DNA of 64,000 nt, taken from Lama guanicoe (lineage: Eukaryota). Of the stretch, positions 54,201 through 64,000 are shown piece by piece. The stretch is from positions 8,378,443 to 8,442,442 of the forward strand of contig MU054693.1 in NCBI GenBank assembly GCA_013239625.1, in the 5' to 3' direction. Each line of letters begins with the position of its first letter. Position 1 is the stretch's first letter. The notes under the pieces are model-generated. The model worked only from the letters and a program-made list of their open reading frames with translations, did no database searches and was not told where the DNA came from. Both the position numbers and the translations under genes were made by a program.

Positions 54201-56025
54201 CATTTTACAGATGAGGACACTGAGGCCCGGAAAGCCGAGACTTGCCCAGTGTCACTCAGAAGAACTAAGACTATAGCTCCATTCCCTAGTCCGTGCTTCT
54301 AATTTCTCTCAGTCCTGTGGTCTCTAATAATCAAATATACACACTCAGAGACTGTAGATACGGCCGTAAAGTTTTCTTTAAGAAAACCAGAGACCAGTAT
54401 CTTGGCAAAGGACTACAGATCGTGCAGAAATCATCTCCAAGATCTGGCAACTTCTCATGAAAGACCTAAACTGCCCAAATGTAGGGAGTAGGAGGAGGTG
54501 GGAGAAGTGGCCAACTGGCACTGGATGGCTAAGACTGTGAAGGCATCCAACCACAGCTCTTGCCTGCACACACTTCTGTTAACAGCGGCTACCTCTGGGG
54601 AAAGAAGAGGGCTTAGAGAGATGAAGTTTATTCTATACTCTTTCCTTTAACAGTATTTTTTCTTGGTTTGAAAATAAAACTCAACAGTGAAAAACTGAGA
54701 ATAACTTAACAGCCAGTAGCTATAAGCCTGTTGTCTGCTCTTAAGATAAAATTTATAGCAGGTTCTTCAGCTGGGCTTCCAGAAACTGCCACTCTGGTCC
54801 ATCCTGTGGCCACTGCCCTGGGTCACACTTGCACTCTCTTTCCCTTGACCATTCAACAGCCTTCTTGGGGTACTCCTGCCTCCAGTGTAGCCCCTTCCAA
54901 TGCATCCCCTACATTAGGCACCAGATTAATGAGTTTTGATTACTGCCTTCAGGATAAAGTCCAAACCCTTAGTTTATAATCTAGTTCCATCTTGATTTAC
55001 AGTCTCAACTCCCACTACTCCACCCTTCCTTCATCTGCCTTTCTAGCCATGTGGATTGCTCAGAAAACCTCAGTGCCTTTGCACAAGTTATTCTTGCTTC
55101 TTAGTATGTCTTTTCCCCAGTTGCTTTATCTCCTCCTGGGGAACTATTACTCATTTCTGATGCCTGCGTTGCCCAGACAGACTCAGTCATCCCTTTCTAG
55201 GCTGAAGGAACTCTCAGTATTGCATGTTTGCTCTGACCACTATAGATGAGAAGCATCTTGAGGACAGATAACTTTGTTTTCCTCAGGGCTCTTGGGCCCT
55301 CACAGGGTAAGACACGGAACAGAAGAGTGCTGAATCAAGGAAGGAGGGAAGGAAGGAAATACCACCAGAGGCAAAAGCTACAGCCCCACTTCTGGGAGCC
55401 GCCTGCTTTTCAGATTAGTCCACAATAAAAAAGGCTATGGAAAATTCTGGAGTAAAGTTCCCTTCCCTGATTCACATGGAAACCTTTGCTGCTGTGAAAC
55501 TCACCCAGGTGCCAATCCAAGCTCTCTCCACTGTTTATAATTTCCCTGGCATTTATAAATAGCGAGGCCCCAAAAAGGAAAATGGAGTTTCAAACGAGCA
55601 GGATGCCAATTGTCTCCCCCGACCCTTCCTCCTCTGTTTCAAGCGTTTTCCCCTCAATTCACATCCCCAAGAAACACCAACCAGCACCCCTTGTGTGTGG
55701 GGGTGCTCAGTCTCTTAGTGAATGGAACTCAAGACTCAAGAGAGTCTAAAGCCCCACCAGCTAGAAGGAGTCAGGGAAAGAAGGACTGGAACTGGGTCCC
55801 AGTCCTGCACCTTCCTCCCTGTGTGACTATCAGCCAGTCACAAAGTCTCAGGGCCCTTCAGTTCTCTCAACTGTGGAATGGGGCTGGGGTGTGACTCCAA
55901 CAAGCCAAAGTCACTATAAAGGGCAGTGCAGCAAGAAGTCCCAGTGCCCTGGTCAGAAATTAAGGTCCCAGGAGAACAGGACCTGCAGGGTTTAGTCCCC
56001 AGAGGCCAAAAAAAAAAAAAAAAAA

Positions 56026-56424
56026 NNNNNNNNNNNNNNNNNNNNNNNNNNNNNNNNNNNNNNNNNNNNNNNNNNNNNNNNNNNNNNNNNNNNNNNNNNN
56101 NNNNNNNNNNNNNNNNNNNNNNNNNNNNNNNNNNNNNNNNNNNNNNNNNNNNNNNNNNNNNNNNNNNNNNNNNNNNNNNNNNNNNNNNNNNNNNNNNNNN
56201 NNNNNNNNNNNNNNNNNNNNNNNNNNNNNNNNNNNNNNNNNNNNNNNNNNNNNNNNNNNNNNNNNNNNNNNNNNNNNNNNNNNNNNNNNNNNNNNNNNNN
56301 NNNNNNNNNNNNNNNNNNNNNNNNNNNNNNNNNNNNNNNNNNNNNNNNNNNNNNNNNNNNNNNNNNNNNNNNNNNNNNNNNNNNNNNNNNNNNNNNNNNN
56401 NNNNNNNNNNNNNNNNNNNNNNNN
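56026..56424. other. Assembly gap (399 N)
   Basis: N run. Confidence 1.
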
Positions 56425-56989
56425 CCCCAGAGGCCCTGACTTCCACAAAAAGCAGTTACCCCCAGGCCAGCCCTGAGTCTTCGGCTCTTCAGAGTTCTGG
56501 ATGTTGTAAAGCTGTCCTCTCCGCTCTGAGGAAGGTGTGAGGGCAGGATAAAGGGTGGATGTCTGGGCAGATGAGGGCCTGCAGAAGAAGCCGGTTTCCC
56601 CTGCGTCCCCAACAGCCTCTGAGGACCTGGGCTTGCCCTTGGCCACTGCCCAGAGCAGCCGGCCTGCACCAGAGCAGGGGACACTGCTGGAATTAGGTTC
56701 TGGGGTGTCTGGCCCAGGGAGAAAGGGAGATCCCAGTCACTGTCTGCAACTTCGAAAGAAGTTTCCGTGTGAGTCAGTGAAGGGAACGCACTCCGCAGGG
56801 CGGAGGAAGACACCACAGACAGGTAGTAAATGCAAGCAGATTCCAGGCGAGTAGGAGGAAGAACTTTCTAACAGTCCTGGGCCCAGAAAGAGGAAGGAGG
56901 TGGAGGGCTCCTCATCGCCGGGGACGAGCAGTCAAAGGCATTATTAACCTGGAGTCAAGGATCCGTTCAGCAGACTCCCCAGCGGAGCC

Positions 56990-57580
56990 ACCGCCTTGAC
57001 GGCGGGCGGGCGACCACCTACAACCCTGGGCAGCTACAGCGAGTGCGGGGGTGACCCCGGGGCCCACTTACCCACCGGGACTGCGTCAAAGTTAGCTCAG
57101 GTGCTTGCAACACAACCCGGCCTGTGGGTGGAGGCCCGGCCCCCCTCCTCTCCTGCCCTAGTCCCCAGTCCAACTCTCCGTGGTCCCCTGGACACCAGCA
57201 AGGTGAGGGAGGAAGCCCTTCTCTAGAGATGTCCGGGCAGCCGAGCCGAGCTCCAGGCGCGGGCAAGCTCGGAAGAGGAGGGAAAAGGACTCGATGTCCG
57301 GGATCCCCAGACGCCCCGGCGTCGTGGTCGCTCCCCGCCCCTACCTGCTGCTGTGGCGCTGGCGACGGCGGCTGCTGGGTCCAGCTGTGCTCAGCTGGTT
57401 CCGGGCGGCGGGGCAGGGGCCCTGTGGTCGCTGGGCGGGGGTGGGCAGGGCGCTGGCGGGAACCGCCCTCGGGGCGGGGCTCCGGGAGAGGGGGGCGAGG
57501 GGGCGGGGCGCCGGCCCCTCCCATGTTCGGCGGGGAGGATGGCGACTCCCGCTCCAGGCTAGCATTCATGGAGCGCACTG
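56990..57580 (-). promoter_or_regulatory. GSN: CpG island / TATA-less distal GSN promoter with GC boxes and G-runs
   Basis: Dense CpG; several GGGGCGGGG motifs at 57430-57510. Confidence 0.82.
57345..57420 (-). other. GSN: Distal non-coding first exon of cytoplasmic GSN (5' end approximate)
   Basis: Lies in a CpG island just downstream of GC boxes and ends cagcagcag|gtaggg. Confidence 0.78.
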
Positions 57581-58513
57581 TGTGTCACTCACTGCCAAAA
57601 CCCCCACTGCTTGTCCAAGGAAAGCATCAAGCTCCCTGCTTTACATGGGAGGAAACTGAGACCCGGAGCTCGGAGGGGAGATCTGCAGGAGCCTGGGGGG
57701 AGGGGAGGAGAGCCGGGGAGCGCCTGGGCTGGGCTGGGGCCAAAGAGCTGAGTTGCGGTGGGCAGCGTGCGGAGGCAGACTCAGCTCTAGGGAGGTCAGG
57801 CTTTGGAAGGCAAAGCCCTCAGAGGGTGAACTGGGCAACCAACAAAGGCAGGGGAGGCATATGAGCAGCGGCTAGACCCACTGAAGGGAACAAAGGAGAA
57901 GAATGATTCCCAACTGCACTCGGAAGGAAGAAACCAGAAATGCCAAANNNNNNNNNNNNNNNNNNNNNNNNNNNNNNNNNNNNNNNNNNNNNNNNNNNNN
58001 NNNNNNNNNNNNNNNNNNNNGGCGGGAACCGCCCGCGGGGCGGGGCCCCGGGAGAGGGGGGCGAGGGGGCGGGGCGCCGGCCCCTCCCATGTTCGGCGGG
58101 GAGGATGGCGACTCCCGCTCCAGGCTAGCATTCATGGAGCGCACTGTGTGTCACTCACTGCCAAAACCCCCACTGCTTGTCCAAGGAAAGCATCAAGCTC
58201 CCTGCTTTACATGGGAGGAAACTGAGACCCGGAGCTCGGAGGGGAGATCTGCAGGAGCCTGGGGGGAGGGGAGGAGAGCCGGGGAGCGCCTGGGCTGGGC
58301 TGGGGCCAAAGAGCTGAGTTGCGGTGGGCAGCGTGCGGAGGCAGACTCAGCTCTAGGGAGGTCAGGCTTTGGAAGGCAAAGCCCTCAGAGGGTGAACTGG
58401 GCAACCAACAAAGGCAGGGGAGGCATATGAGCAGCGGCTAGACCCACTGAAGGGAACAAAGGAGAAGAATGATTCCCAACTGCACTCGGAAGGAAGAAAC
58501 CAGAAATGCCAAA
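57455..58513 (+). repeat. 493-bp direct duplication (57455-57947 / 58021-58513) straddling a 73-N gap
   Basis: Offset 566; I see two mismatches, both near the start of the second copy. Confidence 0.95.
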
Positions 58514-61504
58514 GCGCATCCCTGTCCTTAAAATATTACGCAGGAGCTTCGGAGTCAGACCGTCTTTCTAGTCCTGTAACTTCCGGCAAGTCACTTAACA
58601 TATCAAAATCTCAATTTCCTCTTCTGTAAAGTGGGCATAATAATTTCCTCTTCATGAGGCTGTTGGGAAGACTCGGTGAGAGAAAGGCTCTCAGGACAAT
58701 GGCGGGTGCTGTGGGTTCTCTGTAAATGGAAGTTCTTATTAGTATGAAAGCAGATACTATTTTAGATGATGGAGCAAATCCACATGGTCAAAAAAATGAA
58801 TGCAAGGTCACTTTTAAACAAATGTAATGTTTTCTTTATCGCAACGGCATCTCACATGCATTTGAAAGAGAGCCATTTGTGATGGAAAAGGGCACAGGAC
58901 AGCCTCCCAGCGTCCTGGTGCAAATGTGAGTTCCTGGCCTCTTGCAGTTGCTCTGTGACTCTAAGCTGGGAGGACTCACATTACAGGAGACTGGACCAGA
59001 CGACTGAGATGTCCATTCCCAGCCTTGGGGGCTGGCAGCAGCCCCTTGAGCTGTTGGATAAATCTTCCTCCAACAGAAGGTAAAATGTATCATTAATAAT
59101 TACCAGAGACAGTAATTACTAGACTAGGAATCAGAGATGGAAATGCTGGTGTTTAAGTAGTAGAGAAGCTAAGATAGGAGCATTGACTTCCTGATTTTTC
59201 CTAGTGTTTCCGCTGAGTAGCACAGGGAAGCCACAGGGCCTGGGAACACCAGCCTGGTTCTTTCTCCTGCCCCCGCCCCCATCCCTTTCTACAAGCCTAA
59301 TCATCACCAGAACCATTTCTTGAACATCTCGTACCATGCCCTGGGCTTCCCATATGCTACTGACCTTCGTCCTCACCTCCTTACCCGCTCTCCACCCCAA
59401 GGTGTGCATTACCGTGTGCAGTTGTCAGATGAGGAGGCCCAGGCCCAGAGGGGGTTAAGTAGCTCTCCTGAGTTCACACAAGTGACATCGTACATGTCTG
59501 AGTCCTTGGCCCCCTCTCCTTTGCTCAATGTCCTATGTCATACTCTGCCAGTCTGCCTGGCTTGGGAAACTCTGTCCAGTTCCACTTTCTCTGAGAACTG
59601 AAGCAGGGGGCTCCCCACCCCTGCCCCCGAGGGAGGCTCACACCCTCTCTCTGCCACTCCCTGCTTTTTCCAGAGGCTGCCTGTGGCCCACTGTGGGGCA
59701 GGTGGGGAGAAAGACTAAACACAGACTATTTGGTTCTAAACTCTTTGATTACAATCCCCGGCATACACATGACCTAGAATTATCAAACATATCATTTCCA
59801 ACCCCAGCAACTTCTCTCAGGCAAACAGAGGGAAATGTCTGAATCTGTGTCTCCAGAGAACTGGAGAATATTATAGTGGGATGTAGAAAACACTGGAGAA
59901 CATCTTATCCAACCCTTCATTTTAGAAACAAGGAAGCTGAGGCCAAGAGAGCAGAGAGGCTTGCCCACAGAACCTTGGTGATCGCTCTCTTTGGTCCTAG
60001 AAAAGCCCATAAGCCTAGGCTGTCACCAGAAATTATTAAAAATAATGATGATGACAACAGTGATGACAACCAATACTACATCGGAGGGCCAAGCAAATTC
60101 CTAGCGCTTTGCTCTGCATACATCAACAGGACAATGTGTGTTTCACAGCTAACCAGGATATATGTTGGCCTGAGCTTTCAGTCAGTCAAGTCTGCGCTGC
60201 ATGGATGCGTAGAAGTTCCCTCTGCTTTGGTGTCTTGCTCTTGTTTCTTTCTTGACTCCTTTTTGTACTCCTCTCCCCATTGGTCTCGGGACCAGTAAGG
60301 ACTGTTTGCCCTGGATCTCACCTTCAGAGTGAATGTCTTCTTCTTCTTGCTGACATGGGTCTCTTCTCACGGAAGAACCCTGATGTATTCTTTGGCCAGA
60401 AGACCACCTCCTTCCAGGAGTGGGGATGGGGGAAACAAAGGCCACATCCAGACCATACAGCAGACACTCCGGGGGCACCTGCTCCCACTTCTGAGAATAC
60501 CTTTCCCCACCCACAGGGGTGGCCCTGACTTAGCACCCGTGTTGGTACTCTAACCCCCAAACTGCCCCAAATACGTTGACAGCATTCGGAATGGACACCA
60601 CAATCAGGCTGGACTATCAGAATGTGGGGTTAGAGTTTGGGATGTAACAATCATGATTAATTACCTGGGCCTGTAAGGACTGGTCATCTCTGAAGGCCAT
60701 CTGTGAGGTGGCCATCTTCCAAGAGAAAGCCAGTGAGACCCTCATTAAATGCCTAGATGGGTGTGGAGGTACTCCGAGAGGAAAAGGCTGGGCTGGCCAG
60801 GGAAGACTTCTGGATCCCTGGGGCTCTTTTGGATGCAGACCTGGAGCTAGCTTCTGAAAAATAAATTATTAGGACAAGTATTTTTTGAGCAGTGAATGCC
60901 TTATAGCAGGTTCCTAGAAGCAGAGCCCAAGTGGAGATTTTGTGCAAAGGAGTAGTTGAAGAAGTGCCCTCAGGAGATCCTGGAATATCCCAAGGAGCCC
61001 TAGGGCAGGGATGCGGCTGGACCTCCTGGTCAGACAGGAAGCAGGGCCTGAGTACTAAGGAAACCCAGGAAGTACTCTCAGTCCATCGTTCATCTCTGCC
61101 CACCTGCTTCATTGCTCTGCCTCACATCAGAAAAGCATCTCTGCTCTCCACAAAATGACTCTTACCAGCTGTGAGCTGGATTCATCATCTGTGGCCCACA
61201 TGCTAACTTGGGCCAGATGTCTACCCTTTATCCAACTGACTGTAGCCAGAGTGGCAGGGTCACAATGCACAAACCTGGCTGCTCCCGCTGTAACCTGTTG
61301 ATGGAGAGGAAGAGGGAGGGGAAGCCAGGCAGAGAAAAGAGCTTCACTAGGAGGAAGGACATAAAGAATAAGAATGGAGGTGAGGAATGGAACAGCATCT
61401 CCTGCTAAGGGCACAGACTTAGCAAAGACATGGAGGTTGGAGAAAAACAAGCCTGTAAGAAGGGAAGGAGTCTGTTATTTGCTCCAGCCTGGGTCCCTTT
61501 GGTG

Positions 61505-61942
61505 GTGTGCCAGGGCCAGTTTGAACTAGCTTGCAAGAGCTGGTTGTTAAATTTCCCAGAATTTTGACAGCGAGTTGTTAAACATGATAAAAATTAATGT
61601 ATATACACTTACCATTAAATAAATGATAAAGGTAATAACGTCTCAAAACTTACCACTTCCTAGTTATTTTGTTATTCTATGACCTGTGCTCTTAAGGTTA
61701 TTTTAGCTATTTAACTATATGGTAGAAATACTATATAAATTGTGTGCTGTTGCCCATCACTTCCCATTTTCACATTCAGGAACATCATACTGGTCATTTG
61801 AAATCAACCGTGGTGGGAATATTTACACTGTGGACATCAGCAAAGACTACGGGAGTCAGGGCTTCCCTTCTTCCTGACCTACCCTCCCACCCCCAAACCC
61901 TATCCCCAGCGCCGGCTGCTTAACGTTTTCCGGCACACCACC
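61505..61942. mobile_element. MER63-like hAT element
   Basis: Inverted ends tggtgtgcc...ggcacacca; internal gagctggttgttaaattt. Confidence 0.62.
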
Positions 61943-64000
61943 CCCCAGTACCCTGGGCTTCCCTCACTCAAGCCTCTGCGTTGAGATTGCCTATTTACAC
62001 GCCTCTCTCCCTCACTGACAGGGCACTCCGTGGGAGGAGGAAGTGGGTTTGCTTGATTTTCCAATATATCCTCGGTGTCAAATAGTGCCTGGCCCAGAGC
62101 AGGTGCTTAGTGACTTTTTCCTGAATAATTGATCAGTAAATGAGGGAAACAAGAAAGAAGTTTGGTCCGACAGAGTGAGTTGGGACGCCTCCAAAGGAGT
62201 CAGGAGAGGGCTGCACTTGGAATTTCAAGAGCTGCCAATCCTAGTGTCTCCTGAATGCCCTGGGCAGGATTGTGTGTGTCCCATCAATTTAAAGAGAGCT
62301 TAGAAATATGAATGCCACGCAATCACTGTCCACTCAGTCATAACCCATGGTGTATATACTTCCACATCGTTAGGTTCCTAGAAAGCCCGATTCTATAACT
62401 ACACCCCATTTATGCCAGTAAAATGCTGAACAGCGTGAGCTTCAGAGAGGGTCGCTGATTCTGATTTCCCCTCCAGCCCAGTCTCCCAGGTTAGATTTTC
62501 AAGTTAATTGTAAAAGCAATTCCTCCTTCTGCCAGGCCTGTCACTATTGTCCGCAGCTACATACACCCGGCCCTATGTTAGTGGCACTTCAAATAATAAA
62601 AAATAAAATCGTAATTATGATGACCACTTTCGGGGTGCTTACTTGCCCCTTTATTATTTCAATTTATTATTTCAATTAAGCCTTACAACTACCTCCAATT
62701 TAGGTATAATCTTTGATTTTACCTATAAATAAACAGACCAGAAAAGGTAAGGAACCTGATTAAGGTGCCACAGCTGGGTGAGTGGTAGACTGGGATCTGG
62801 ACCCAAGTCTGTCTCCAAAGCCCAGGCTCTTTCCACAGCCCAAGTGAAGGCCAAAGGGAAGATAAAGCCTTTTCCATGCCTCCCAGTCAGGATCAGGAAT
62901 TCTTTCCTTTTATCTCAACAATGTTAGGGCCTGAGGTTAGGCCCCTCCCTGTACACTTCATATAATGCTTTATGAAAGCTCACTGTTTCTTTATGTGGAA
63001 AGTATCTGGAGTTGTTTAAGAACTATAGGCCTATTTTAAGAAAGATTGAAAACTGCTGTGCTTTAGAAATGAAAAGTAATTCACACCGCCTCTTAACACA
63101 TACACACGAAAAGAACTTTGACGTGGTGCTATTTTTGTATTCTTTTGTTCTCTACCCACATAGGAAGTTCATGTGTTTTGTTGTTTCCTTATTTATGATT
63201 GACTTACTGCTTCCCTGAGTACAAGCCCTGTGCTTGGGGCGAAAGGCACAGAGATGAATCAGTCACAGACTCAGTCTTTGGCAGGGCCTGTGGCTAAGGG
63301 ACAGATAACTACAATATGGTGTTATAGGAACTGAAAAAAAAAAGAGGAAGCTTGGGGTGGGGACAGGAGGAGAGGCTGGTGAACAAGGACAGAGTCCATG
63401 CAGGCTGCAAAGAAAGAGACGGGCTGGGTCTTGAAGGACACCTCTCTCTGCCTCAGTTTCTTCATCTGACAATTGTGTCCACCTCTAAGAATTGTGGGAA
63501 AATGAAATGTCAGCTGCTTGTTGCAAGACCTGGAGCATAGAAGGGGCTCTGTAAACAGAAGCTGGTCTCATTATGGGAACCCTACAGGTAAAGGCATGGA
63601 GGAGTTTAAGATGGGTGAGCTTGAGTCTGGAATGCAGGGTACACGGACAGAGCTATGAGAGATGAGGCCAGACAGTGAGATGACAAGACAGCAAGAAGAC
63701 AAGGTCGTCACAGGTTCCTGCTCCGGGCGTTATCTCCTTCAAATCTGACAGCAGTTCCTCAGATGAACTGCTCTCACTCCCAGTTCACAGATGGAGAAAC
63801 CGAGGCTCAGAGAAGTGAAGTCCCTCGTTTACATCACACAGCTGGGAAACAGCAGGACTGGGGCAAGAACCCAGATTTCACTTCAAAGCCACTCTCTCCC
63901 AGGTGGAGCTGACAGCAGGCCAGGCTGAAAGGCTGGGGCAGTGGGGAGCTGGCTCTCATGCAGTAGATGGACCGAGAAGAAGTTTCTGCAGAGGGGCACA

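Noticed and set aside
55838-56816. 200-270 aa ORFs
   Set aside because: Open only because they run through N gaps.
57018-58430. Pro/Gly/Arg-rich ORFs at the distal CpG island
   Set aside because: Stop-poor GC-rich promoter DNA, repeated by the probable false duplication.

Overview
Mammalian genomic DNA, very likely camelid given four Vic-1-like tRNA-derived SINEs. It holds essentially the whole gelsolin gene (GSN) on the minus strand. I traced 17 coding exons (28596 down to the stop at 2424) with GT-AG junctions and consistent phases. They total 2358 nt, giving a 785-aa secreted precursor; the cytoplasmic form starts at ATG 26925 and is 731 aa. A poly(A) signal lies at 2192-2197. Upstream are the CpG-island promoter of the plasma isoform (~28.6 kb), a non-coding exon (45847-45936) and the distal CpG-island first exon (~57.35-57.42 kb). 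The rest is intron filled with MIR, L1, L2 and DNA-transposon fossils, plus four N gaps and two probable assembly duplications. I see no new biological system: this is a well-known gene. The most interesting signals are a candidate alternative coding first exon (MAEEEALGGDSDPW) behind a MEF2/TATA element, an extra 15-nt repeat unit in the plasma N-terminal extension, a similar MEF2/TATA+donor module at 55.5 kb, MIR-like sense and antisense exons, a very weak donor on the first common exon, two intronic CTCF motifs and substitutions around the G2/tail latch. Comparisons with human gelsolin and repeat-family names are from memory and need checking.
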